Below are positions 35,442 through 44,141 of a stretch of DNA of 64,000 nt, piece by piece (the stretch's first letter is position 1; each line of letters starts with the position of its first letter). The notes beneath the pieces are model-generated. The model did not search any database. It was not told the origin of the DNA and worked only from the letters and a program-made list of their open reading frames with translations. Position numbers and translations under genes: made by a program. Source of the stretch: Abditibacterium sp. (lineage in GTDB: Bacteria > Armatimonadota > Abditibacteriia > Abditibacteriales > Abditibacteriaceae); NCBI GenBank assembly GCA_965260925.1, contig CBDHBZ010000008.1, positions 1,493,005 to 1,557,004 of the forward strand, given 5' to 3'.

Positions 35442-35777
35442 ATGTTACCGCAACTGCCTGCGCTTGGCGAGAACTGGCGCGATGCTTTGGCCGCGCACGA
35501 GCGCGCCATCGTTTTCTGTTGGGCGGAATGGAGCACGCCCGATTGGATGTTCGCGCCCATTTTATCGTCGGTCATGCCCGACTTTGCGGATCAATTCGCT
35601 TTCTTCAAAGCCGATTTGGACGCCGAAGATTTGGTGCCGTTTTTCGTCGAAATGGGCGTGACAACTAATCCGCAGTTGTTATTACTCGATCAAGGTATGC
35701 GCGTGACGACGAGCATCGGTTGTATGCAGCCGGATCAATTGCGCGTTTTGTTGCGATCGTGGCAAGATTCCTTCTAA
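35442..35777 (+). CDS. Thioredoxin-fold protein lacking the CxxC motif
   Basis: AIVFCWAEWSTPDWMFAPIL...FFKADLDAEDLVPFFVEMGVTTNPQLLLLDQG. Confidence 0.5.
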   Translation: MLPQLPALGENWRDALAAHERAIVFCWAEWSTPDWMFAPILSSVMPDFADQFAFFKADLDAEDLVPFFVEMGVTTNPQLLLLDQGMRVTTSIGCMQPDQLRVLLRSWQDSF

Positions 35778-35807
35778 ACAGTCGGAATGATGTTGAGTTG
35801 CGCCCTT

Positions 35808-35866
35808 GTAGTTGCGTCGTCAGACGCGCCCTTGACGTTTAAAAACGCGTCTGACGACGCAACTAC
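35808..35866. repeat. Inverted repeat related to the GCGTCGCAAGACGC family
   Basis: Perfect 21-nt arms GTAGTTGCGTCGTCAGACGCG (35808-35828) and its complement (35846-35866). Confidence 0.9.
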
Positions 35867-35914
35867 GACAGCGCAAAATGACGATTCCTTTTCTTGGAAT
35901 ACTCAAATTTCTTT

Positions 35915-36511
35915 CTACGGCAACAGTTCGTCCACGCCAATCACCGAAGCGGGCGCGCCGAGGGGCGCGATGCTTTCGCCGGGCAACAGAATCTGCGTCG
36001 AGCGGTAGCCGTGGCCCAGCAGTTCGGCTTCCATTGGCGAAGGTTGGCGGCGCACTTCGAGCGTGCGGTCAACCAAATTGACGATCCAGTATTCGGCGAT
36101 TTGCGCGCGCGCATAAAGCGCGGCTTTGGTGGTTTGGTCGGCGCGCAAAGTCGAATCGGAGATTTCCACGACGAGTTCGACAACGGCTGGACGCAATAAA
36201 TCGGTGTCGCGCAAAGAGCCTGGCACAACCGCCACATCGGGTTCGGGTTTGCTGGTGTCGCTCAGAATCAACGGGATTTGGATTCGCACCAGATAACCAG
36301 CGGCGAAAACTTGGAGCAACTTATATTGTGCCAGAAGCACAGCACGTGCGTGTGGTTCGTTTCGAGACATTTTTTCCCAGACTTCGCCATCAATAAGTTC
36401 CAAACGCGCATCGGGCGCGAAAAAACCGGCGTCGAAGAGCCGCTCAAATTCGGCCACCGTCCAGCCGGGACGCGCGGTAAATGGCCGGTTTTCGGTAATA
36501 AGATGAGGCAT
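35915..36511 (-). CDS. Uma2 (DUF820) family putative endonuclease
   Basis: WTVAEFERLFDAGFF...ELIDGEV..M...H...PDVAVV...VVEISDST...D...K...YA...I.EYWIVN pattern. Start set at MPHLITEN (36511). Confidence 0.65.
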   Translation of the reverse strand: MPHLITENRPFTARPGWTVAEFERLFDAGFFAPDARLELIDGEVWEKMSRNEPHARAVLLAQYKLLQVFAAGYLVRIQIPLILSDTSKPEPDVAVVPGSLRDTDLLRPAVVELVVEISDSTLRADQTTKAALYARAQIAEYWIVNLVDRTLEVRRQPSPMEAELLGHGYRSTQILLPGESIAPLGAPASVIGVDELLP

Positions 36512-36545
36512 GATTATTCTAATGTGTAGTTTGCCCGAAACGCCG

Positions 36546-37626
36546 TCAACGCGCGCCCGGCTCGCGCAGATAACCTTCGACCAGAGTATCCGTTCCAAAC
36601 CGCGAAACACTCGCGCGTTCCAAGCGCGCGACATCTTGCATCGAGGCGAACTTTACGTCGGGCAACAGTTTGCGCCCGTCGCCCATTAAAACCGGCGCGA
36701 TAAATAAGGCGACTTTATCCACGACGCCCGCCGCGAACGCGCTCGCCGCCACGCGCGCGCCGCCTTCGATTAAGACCGAGTAGATGCCGTCGCGCCACAA
36801 TTGTTGCATCAGCAAATTCCAATCGTTGCCCAACGGCCAAACTTGGGCGCCGCGCTTTTCCAGGCGCGCCACGTTTTCGGCGGGCGCGTCGGCGCGGCAC
36901 ACGATAATAATTGCGGGCGCGCCCTGCCAAATTTTCGCGTCGAGCGGCAAGCGCGCCGCGCCGTCCAACACGATGCGCACGGGCTGTTTGTGTTCGCCCT
37001 CCAGACGCACCGAGAGTTGCGGGTCGTCGGCCAGGACGGTGCCGATGCCGACTAAAATCGCGTCGTGAAAATGTCGCAACTGGTGCGCTTTGCCGCGCGC
37101 GAGCGGGCCGGTAATCCATTTCGATTCACCGTTATCTAAAGCGATGTTGCCGTCGAGCGACAGGGCGCTTTTCAGCGTGACGAACGGGCGTTTGCCGACG
37201 ACCGAGTAGAGAAATTCGTCGAGCGAAGCGAAGCATTCATCGGCCAAAGTGCCGATGGTAATTTGCAGGCCGGCTTCGTTCATGCGTTGCAGGCCGCGTC
37301 CGGCGACGCGCGGGTCGGGGTCGACGACGCCGACGACGACGCGCGCGAACCCTTCGCGGATGAGCATATCGCAGCAGGGCGGCGTCGTGCCCCAGTGCGC
37401 GCACGGTTCGAGCGTGGTGTAACAGGTCGCGCCGCGCGGGCCACGAATTGGGTCGCGGCGCCAACTTTGCCGCACCGCCATTACTTCGGCGTGCGGCTGG
37501 CCATCGCCCGGTTGCGTCCAGCCAGCGCCCAAAATTTGCTCGTCGCGCACGATGACGCAACCCACGCACGGGCGCGGACTCGTCCAACCTTTGCCGCGCA
37601 GACTCTGCTCGATGGCCGCGCGCATC
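36546..37626 (-). CDS. ribD: Bifunctional riboflavin biosynthesis deaminase/reductase
   Basis: GQPHAEVMAV, TLEPCAHWGTTPPCCD, VTLKSALSLDGNIA, LIEGG. Start at ATG 37626; the listed longer ORF overlaps the upstream gene. Confidence 0.9.
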
Positions 37627-37645
37627 CACTGTTCGTCGTTGGATT

Positions 37646-38116
37646 CTATAATTTTTCTCCGTCGTCTGGCCCGATTTCGCCTGGAACGTGGCTGCTGTCT
37701 CCGGCGTGCTGCGCGCGGACGCGCTCGATTTCGGCGCTCGCCAGCTTCTCGGCACTGCGCTCGAACTTCTCGCGCTGCAACTGCGCGCCTTTGAGCGTCA
37801 AATAGGCGTCGAACGCCGTAATAACGAGCGCGATAATCAGCAGAACCGTCGCGCCCGCCATGACCGCGATGAAACGGCGCCCGGTCGTGACATCGTTGAA
37901 ACTGCTGGGCCACAAAAGTATGGTGGCGTAGGCGAAACTGCCCAAAACCAAGACCCACAGCGCGCCGCCGACGATGCGCCAGCGCAGTTGGCGCGGCGAC
38001 AACACCGAATCGCCGCGCTTCATGCGCCCCCACTCGAAAAGCAGGCCCGCGATAATCGCGAACATTCCGGCGATGCAAAGCGCGCCGAAAACAAAGCGCA
38101 AAGTTGGAGCGGACAT
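37646..38116 (-). CDS. Small integral membrane protein, unknown function
   Basis: Four hydrophobic segments and a charged C-terminal tail containing SSHVPGE, encoded by a variant of the dispersed repeat. Confidence 0.5.
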   Translation of the reverse strand: MSAPTLRFVFGALCIAGMFAIIAGLLFEWGRMKRGDSVLSPRQLRWRIVGGALWVLVLGSFAYATILLWPSSFNDVTTGRRFIAVMAGATVLLIIALVITAFDAYLTLKGAQLQREKFERSAEKLASAEIERVRAQHAGDSSHVPGEIGPDDGEKL

Positions 38117-38170
38117 GATTTATCAGTTTAATCGGGCGCGGTTTGAGAACGTTAGAAGCGTTATGATTTC

Positions 38171-38314
38171 AGGCGAATGAATTCGCAGCCACAAAAAAGT
38201 GTCGGCCTACGCCGACACGAAGAAAGTGTCACCACGAAGAACGGTTCTTCGTAATTCAAATTGCGACGTGTCGGCGCAGGCCGACACTTTTTGTGGCTGC
38301 GAATTCATTCGCCT
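38171..38314. repeat. Long nested inverted repeat just downstream of corA
   Basis: Arms AGGCGAATGAATTCGCAGCCACAAAAA(A)GTGTCGG (38171-) and complement (38281-38314). Inner hairpins GTGTCGGC-N4-GCCGACAC x2 and ACGAAGAAC-G-GTTCTTCGT. Confidence 0.9.
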
Positions 38315-38320
38315 AAAACT

Positions 38321-39335
38321 TTACAACCAGCCACGGCGCTTGAAGAAAATTAGCAACACCACCACGATCAGCGACATCGCGCCCAGCGAGCCGTAAAAGC
38401 CGTGATTTTTCGGCAAGTCGTCGAAGTTCATGCCGTAAATTCCGGCGATTAACGTCGGCAACAGCAGAATAATCGAATACGAAGTCAGCCGTTTCATCAC
38501 GGCGTTCATGCGGTTGCTTTCGATGGCCAGATACACGTCCAAAGCGCCGGTCAAAACTTCGCGGTAAGTGTCGATGGTGCCGACGATGCGCGAGACGTGA
38601 TCGTGCAAGTCCTGAAACGCCGCCGATTGACGCCCGCCCGCTTCGCTGTCGCGGCGCTGTAACACGGTCACGACATCGCGCGTCGGGTCGGCGATATGGC
38701 GCATCTGCAGCAAACCGCGCTTGAGCGCGAAAATCTCGCTTGAGAGCGGTTCGTCTTCGCCGCGTCCCGACGTGGCTTCGTAAAGCACGTCCTCGAACTC
38801 GTCGATGCGCTCGTTGATGCGCTCCAAAACCGGAAAGTAGGCGTCCAGAACCGAGTCCATCAGTTCGTATAAAAGATGACCGGCGCCGCTTTTCATCCAG
38901 TCGGGCCGCTTCTGCCAGCGCACGATCAAATCCTCGAACGAACGCACCGGCTGCGGATGCACCGTCACGATCCAATCCGGCCCGACCAGACAATCGATCT
39001 CCAAAGTGTCCACTTCCAGATGCTGATGCTCGTCGTAATCCAATTCGACCGAATGAAAAATGATGTAAATATAACCGTTGTAATCGTGGATTTTGGGGCG
39101 GCCTTCCTGCGAGCGCAAATCTTCCATGATCTGCGGATCGAGCGCGAAACGATCCGCCAAAAAATCCAGTTCCGCCTTTGTGGGCGCCGCGACATCGAGC
39201 CACACGAACGATTTGGATTTGCCCAGCGGCGTCCGATTCTTGACGTCCGAAACCAAAGGCGTGTCGCGCAGACCCTGCTCGTCCAACTGCTCCAGACTGT
39301 TGTTGACCCCGTTATAATGAAAAACTCTCAGCACA
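38321..39335 (-). CDS. corA: CorA-family magnesium/cobalt transporter
   Basis: C-terminal ...IAGIYGMNFDDLP (GMN motif) followed by the last TM segment. A GTG 39335 start is proposed because the listed N-terminus lies in repeat 39358-39510. Confidence 0.85.
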
Positions 39336-39357
39336 TAAAGATATTTTACCGCCTTAA

Positions 39358-39510
39358 GTGCGCTCGAATGAATTCGGCGCTCCATGGCTAAAGCCGATCC
39401 GCCCTGATTCCATCGGGCGCCCAACCTGCGTCGAAAAAACGCAACTCTATTTCCGCGAAGGCGCAAATTCGGCTTTAGCCATGGAGCGCCGAATTCATTC
39501 GAGCGCACTC
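39358..39510. repeat. Long inverted repeat (41-nt perfect arms) upstream of corA
   Basis: AGTGCGCTCGAATGAATTCGGCGCTCCATGGCTAAAGCCGA (39358-39398) and its exact complement (39470-39510). It shares CGAATGAATTCG with 38171-38314. Confidence 0.9.
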
Positions 39511-39573
39511 GCCGACTCTCCCCGAAATTATCGCTGCAATCTGAACTTATCCACATTTAATGCGTCTATCCCT

Positions 39574-39589
39574 TGTGAAAAAGTTCACA
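39574..39589. promoter_or_regulatory. Perfect CRP/FNR-type palindrome TGTGA-N6-TCACA upstream of nadA
   Basis: TGTGAAAAAGTTCACA at 39574-39589, 81 nt upstream of ATG 39670. An additional TGTGA half-site lies at 39601. Confidence 0.4.
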
Positions 39590-39669
39590 ATGTCTTAAAT
39601 TGTGAACACCAATTGGAAAAAACGTTTCATCTGGAGCTACAAACTTCCCATTTCGCAAGGTTAAACATT

Positions 39670-40914
39670 ATGGCACAAGCAGAAAAAATCCCCACGATGC
39701 AAAAAGTCCGGCTATCGGAGAAAGTTTTCAACTCGCCCGGCGGCGGTTGGATCGGCCACATCACCATGAGTTCGGGCGCGCAGTTGCAAGCTCCGCTGCC
39801 CGCCAAATACACCAAGATGTCGCCCGAAGAGATCGTGGCGAATATCGCCGTCGCGCGCGAGAAGTTGGGCGATAAATTAGTCATTCTGGGCCATCATTAC
39901 CAGCGCGAAGAAGTGATTCGCTGGGCCGATTTGCGCGGCGACAGCTACAAACTGTGCGTGGACGCGGCGGCGCGTCCCAACGCGCAGTGGCTGATTTTCT
40001 GTGGCGTTCACTTCATGGCCGAGAGCGCCGATATTCTGAGCGCGCCGCACCAAAAAGTGATTTTGCCCGACTTGCACGCCGGTTGCTCGATGGCCGACAT
40101 GGCCGACATCGATCAGGTCGAGGAAGCCTGGGAAGCGATGACGGCGGCGTGTTCGGGCCAAAAGATTATCCCGATTACCTACATGAATAGCGCGGCGAAT
40201 CTCAAGGCGTTCGTCGGGCGCAACGGCGGCGCGGTTTGCACTTCGGGCAACGCGCAGAAAATCATGGATTGGGCTTTGACGCCCCTCGAAGATGGTGGCG
40301 CGGGCGGCACCAAACTGTTGTTTTTTCCCGATCAGCATCTGGGCCGCAATACCGCTGTTTTGGAGATGGGTTTCGGTTTGGACGATTGTCTGGTGTGGGA
40401 TCCGAACCAGGATATGGGCGGCCTGAACGAGGACGCGTTGCGTCATGCGCCGATTTTGCTGTGGAAGGGCCATTGCAGCGTTCACGGCACTTTTCTGCCG
40501 ATTCACGTGGACAATATGCGCAAAGCGCATCCGGGCGTTCACATCGTGGTGCATCCCGAATGCACTTACGATGTCGTGGTTAAAGCCGACAGTTACGGCT
40601 CGACCGAGAAGATTCGCAAGATCATCGAGGCCGGCAAAGCGGGCGATGTGTTCGCGGTTGGCACCGAGATCAATCTGGTTTCGCGTTTGGCCGAGGAATA
40701 CCCCGACAGAACCGTGCTGAGCCTCAACCCCAACGTCTGCGTCTGCTCGACGATGTATCGCATCGACGGCCCGCACATGCTGTGGGTCATGGATAATTTG
40801 CTGGAAGGCGTAGTCGTCAATCAGATCGAAGTGCCCCACGATATCGCGGTCGAGGCGAAGCTGGCGTTGCAGCGCATGATGGATATTCACGAGGGCGGCT
40901 CGACGGCGATTTAG
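39670..40914 (+). CDS. nadA: Quinolinate synthase
   Basis: LVILGHHYQREEVI...FCGVHFMAESADIL...PDLHAGCSMADMA...HPEC. ATG 39670 (MAQAEK) is preferred; the listed upstream part lies in the repeat. Confidence 0.9.
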   Translation: MAQAEKIPTMQKVRLSEKVFNSPGGGWIGHITMSSGAQLQAPLPAKYTKMSPEEIVANIAVAREKLGDKLVILGHHYQREEVIRWADLRGDSYKLCVDAAARPNAQWLIFCGVHFMAESADILSAPHQKVILPDLHAGCSMADMADIDQVEEAWEAMTAACSGQKIIPITYMNSAANLKAFVGRNGGAVCTSGNAQKIMDWALTPLEDGGAGGTKLLFFPDQHLGRNTAVLEMGFGLDDCLVWDPNQDMGGLNEDALRHAPILLWKGHCSVHGTFLPIHVDNMRKAHPGVHIVVHPECTYDVVVKADSYGSTEKIRKIIEAGKAGDVFAVGTEINLVSRLAEEYPDRTVLSLNPNVCVCSTMYRIDGPHMLWVMDNLLEGVVVNQIEVPHDIAVEAKLALQRMMDIHEGGSTAI

Positions 40915-40943
40915 CAACTTGCGATGAAGTTGGGCGCAACGTG

Positions 40944-40987
40944 CGACACCAGCCACGTTCTGTGAGGTCGCAGGACGTGGCTGGTGT
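40944..40987. repeat. Dispersed palindromic element between convergent nadA and the kinase gene
   Basis: CGACACCAGCCACGTTC ... GGACGTGGCTGGTGT. Confidence 0.9.
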
Positions 40988-41002
40988 TCTTTGTTATTGC
41001 GC

Positions 41003-41647
41003 TCACTCGACCAAGCGATCCGCCGCTACGCGCGTTTGCCAGACCAACTCGGCGTTGCGCGCGTCGTTTTCCTCGACGCGCTTTTCGGCCTGCGCGCGCG
41101 ACCAATTCCACGCCGCCCTGTGCCGCGTGACCAGACGTTCGCGCGCGATTTGCCACGGCACGTCTAAAAACCAGCGTTCGTCGAAAAACTGGCCGACCGG
41201 CGCGAAATCGTCGGCGGGGTGCAGCAAATACAATCCTTCGACCAAAACCAAACGCGTCGCGGGCGCGACGGTGAAAGCGTCCGCGATCGGATCGCCGATT
41301 TCGTGTTCAAAGCTCGGCCACGAAACCGTTCGCTCGCCGCGCAACTCGCGCAGTTTGCGCAGCAACGCGGGCGCATCGAACGTCCAGGGCGCGCCGCGCC
41401 TTGCAAAGGCGGCGTCCGGATCGGGAAATTGTCGTAGCCGCGCTTTGGAAAAGTGAAAGCCGTCCATGCCCAACGCCATCATCGTGTCGGGCGCCGTGGC
41501 GGCATTGACTTGAGCGGCCAAACGCGCGGCGAACGTGCTTTTGCCCGCACCCGGCAAACCCGCCAGGCCGATCACTCGGCGCGCTTCGCTCGATTCGAGC
41601 TGCGAAATCAAGTGGGCAAAAGGGTTCTCCAAGCTGTTGGAATTCAT
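41003..41647 (-). CDS. P-loop nucleoside/nucleotide kinase family protein (uridine kinase/FrcK-like)
   Basis: VIGLAGLPGAGKSTFAARLA (Walker A)...MDGFH...LVLVEGLYLL. Confidence 0.65.
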   Translation of the reverse strand: MNSNSLENPFAHLISQLESSEARRVIGLAGLPGAGKSTFAARLAAQVNAATAPDTMMALGMDGFHFSKARLRQFPDPDAAFARRGAPWTFDAPALLRKLRELRGERTVSWPSFEHEIGDPIADAFTVAPATRLVLVEGLYLLHPADDFAPVGQFFDERWFLDVPWQIARERLVTRHRAAWNWSRAQAEKRVEENDARNAELVWQTRVAADRLVE

Positions 41648-41690
41648 CGCATAAAGTTTGGCGTATCACGGAAAAGTAGCGCGTCGTAGA

Positions 41691-41766
41691 ACACCAGCCA
41701 CGTTCCGCGACACCAGCCACGTTCCGCGACACCAGCCACGTTCCGCGACACCAGCCACGTTCCGCG
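41691..41766. repeat. 4 x 19-bp perfect tandem repeat of the dispersed element half-site
   Basis: ACACCAGCCACGTTCCGCG at 41691, 41710, 41729 and 41748. Confidence 0.95.
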
Positions 41767-42033
41767 CCGCCAATCGCGTCGTCGCGCTGATTTGGTTGCG
41801 CTTTGTGCGCGCACCGCTCCCTTCTAAACATGGTTTCAATTGCACACTCCCCATTAAGAGGAACTCTGAAGCCGCGCTAACCGTCTCCAAATTGGTCAAG
41901 AAAAGAAAAGCGATGGTTCCGAAGTTTGACGAAATCCTGCGACTCTCTGATGTGAGTCGTGGGAGCCAAGAACTCTGTTTTGGGAACCTTGAGCGGCTTT
42001 GCTGCTTCTTTTCTGGCGGTTAGTAGGTTGAAT

Positions 42034-42711
42034 ATGAAGCCCGATTGTCAACAAGTCCTCACGCAATTTGCGTCGTTCAGCGTCGAAGAGTTATCCGACT
42101 CCGAGGCGGCCGATCTCCTGCAGCACATCGAAGATTGCGAGCCGTGCAAAGGACAATGGCTGCTCTTTGAAAAGTCGCTGACCGTCGTCACTCAAAGCGG
42201 CCCGCGCGATGAGGATATCGAACAACACCTCTCGCAACAGATGTGGCTGGTCTGCATGGAACACGCGCGCAAAAACGTCGAAAAGCCCGCTTTCAAGGCC
42301 CATGCTGCGCCCGCCGCACCGTCTCACGACGAGCAACATAACGAGCCAGCCGCGCCCGCCAAAATCGGTGCGCACGCCCAAAACAAAGCTCACGCCCAAT
42401 CCAAAGAACCCGCCAAAGAAGGCTCGGTTCTGGTGGCGCCCCGCATCGGCATGACTCTGGTGGGCGGAGCCTTACTGTTTTTGGCCTCCTCTTACTGGCT
42501 GGCGCCCAAACCCGCGTCCGCCCCGACCACGGCTTTGCCACCGATGCCCGCTCAGTTGCAGACCGTCGGATTCAACACTTTGCCACGCGCGGCCGCGCCT
42601 CTGGTGGATTATGGCGCGACGTTGGGCTTCAACGGTTTGTCCGACCGCGTCGCGCCCGCGCTTATCGCGGCGCCCATCAAGAAATTGGGGAAGATCCAAA
42701 GGGCGGATTAA
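42034..42711 (+). CDS. Anti-sigma factor (zf-HC2 type) with one TM segment
   Basis: LLQHIEDCEPCKGQW (H-x3-C-x2-C); TM segment LVGGALLFLASSYWL. No sigma-factor gene is adjacent in the window. Confidence 0.6.
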   Translation: MKPDCQQVLTQFASFSVEELSDSEAADLLQHIEDCEPCKGQWLLFEKSLTVVTQSGPRDEDIEQHLSQQMWLVCMEHARKNVEKPAFKAHAAPAAPSHDEQHNEPAAPAKIGAHAQNKAHAQSKEPAKEGSVLVAPRIGMTLVGGALLFLASSYWLAPKPASAPTTALPPMPAQLQTVGFNTLPRAAAPLVDYGATLGFNGLSDRVAPALIAAPIKKLGKIQRAD

Positions 42712-42893
42712 TCGCTGAGTTAGCGATCGATCTCGATTTATCGCTTTTATCCGGGAAGGCTCGCGTTATGCGCGAGCCTTCTTTTGTTTTCTTGATGCTG
42801 AGGGCGCCGCGCTTTGGCACCGCGCGACTTGCGAGTTCGTTGAGAGTTCGGTTGAAAGCGTGGCCCTCTTCAATTTTGGAGCGGGCCTTTTTT

Positions 42894-44063
42894 ATGAAAT
42901 CGTCGCCCGCCGCCCGCAATGCCGTAAATCACGCGTTTGTGCGGCGTTATCTGGGCGCGGCGCTGGCGCTGTTGGCGCTGGCGATCAGCGGTTTTGCGGC
43001 GGTGCGCTGGACGCATTTGTTGGGCGGCCGACCGCAGGCGATCGCCACGACCTCGGATACGCGAGCCTGGGCGTTGCTGGGGCGAGCATTGCACGCCAAC
43101 AGCGATGTGCCCTTCGCGGCGCACGTCGAAACCGTGGTTTTCGTGGGCGAGCGCAGCCTGCAAAGCGAAGCGCGCATCGTCAAAACGCCCGGCCATCTGG
43201 CGATCACCTATCTGTCCGGCCCGATGAAAGGCCAGAGCAGCGGATTCACCCGGCAACTGTTCTGGCGCCAGAACGCGGCAGGACAAATCGTGCCCTATGC
43301 GCAGACCGCGACCGCGCCCGCTCAGATCGCCAATCGCCGTTTCGAGTGGATGCGCGCCAATTATCAGGCCCAGATGCGCCCGGCCAGCGCAGTTGATGGG
43401 CGTCCGGTCGAAGTCGTGGAACTGCGCCCCGCGCGCGGCGCGCTCGCCGGGCCAGCGCGCCGCATTTTCATCGACGATGCCACCGGCTTAACTCTGCGCA
43501 TCGAAGAATTCAACGCGCGCCTTCAACCCGCTTCTCACTCGACGTTTTCCCGACTCGATCTGCACTCGGCCATCGCGCCAAACACGTTTCACGCGCCAGC
43601 GGCGCTGTTGAAGGCGGGCCAGCGGAGCTTCTGGCGCGGCGAAGAGTTGGGCGATGACGCGCGCGCCGTCGAGCGCAAAACGGGTTTGACGCCGCCGCAA
43701 AGCGGGCAAGTTCCGCGCGGCTGGAAGCGCGACGGATTCGGCGTGCATCGCTGCGTGCCAGGCGGCGGCGCGTTGCAGGTCGCGGCCTTCACGCGCTACA
43801 CCGACGGCCTCAACAGCCTGACGCTGTTCGCCATCAGACCGCCCGCCACCGCCAAAAATGCGCCGGACGCGCGCCGAGCGGTGCCCGCCAGTTGCAGTTT
43901 TGGGCCGGGCGCCCTGGTCTCGCGCGCCGATGGCGGCGGCACTCTGCTGGCCGTCGGCGATTTGCCGCCCGAAATCATGCGCCGCGCGTTGGAAGCCGCG
44001 CGCTTCCGGGCAGTCGCGCCGCTGGCTTCAACACCAGCCACGTCCCACGCGCCACCAGAATAG
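42894..44063 (+). CDS. Membrane-anchored periplasmic protein, possibly a MucB/RseB-like partner of the anti-sigma factor
   Basis: N-terminal TM segment LGAALALLALAISGFAAV. The family call rests only on position and a loose LolA/RseB-like pattern. The C-terminal STPATSHAPPE is encoded by a repeat half-site. Confidence 0.35.
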   Translation: MKSSPAARNAVNHAFVRRYLGAALALLALAISGFAAVRWTHLLGGRPQAIATTSDTRAWALLGRALHANSDVPFAAHVETVVFVGERSLQSEARIVKTPGHLAITYLSGPMKGQSSGFTRQLFWRQNAAGQIVPYAQTATAPAQIANRRFEWMRANYQAQMRPASAVDGRPVEVVELRPARGALAGPARRIFIDDATGLTLRIEEFNARLQPASHSTFSRLDLHSAIAPNTFHAPAALLKAGQRSFWRGEELGDDARAVERKTGLTPPQSGQVPRGWKRDGFGVHRCVPGGGALQVAAFTRYTDGLNSLTLFAIRPPATAKNAPDARRAVPASCSFGPGALVSRADGGGTLLAVGDLPPEIMRRALEAARFRAVAPLASTPATSHAPPE

Positions 44064-44141
44064 TTTCAAATTCGATCGCGCCGAAACAGCGAGATTTGCC
44101 CGTAAACAGTTGGCCGCAACACCGATTGAGCAGAGCGCGTT

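Noticed and set aside
36546-38078. Extended N-termini of listed ORFs (ribD 36546-38078, corA 38321-39556, nadA 39358-40914, lpxD 34108-35436, the porin, GH26, the SWIM protein and others)
   Set aside because: The extensions run through upstream genes or palindromic repeats and lack homology-like sequence. Internal starts with signal peptides, SD sequences or family-typical N-termini were chosen instead.
41691-41766. Possible CRISPR array (this array and the one at 63521-63839)
   Set aside because: The repeats are directly abutting with no spacers, the units are only 19 and 11 bp, and no cas genes are present.
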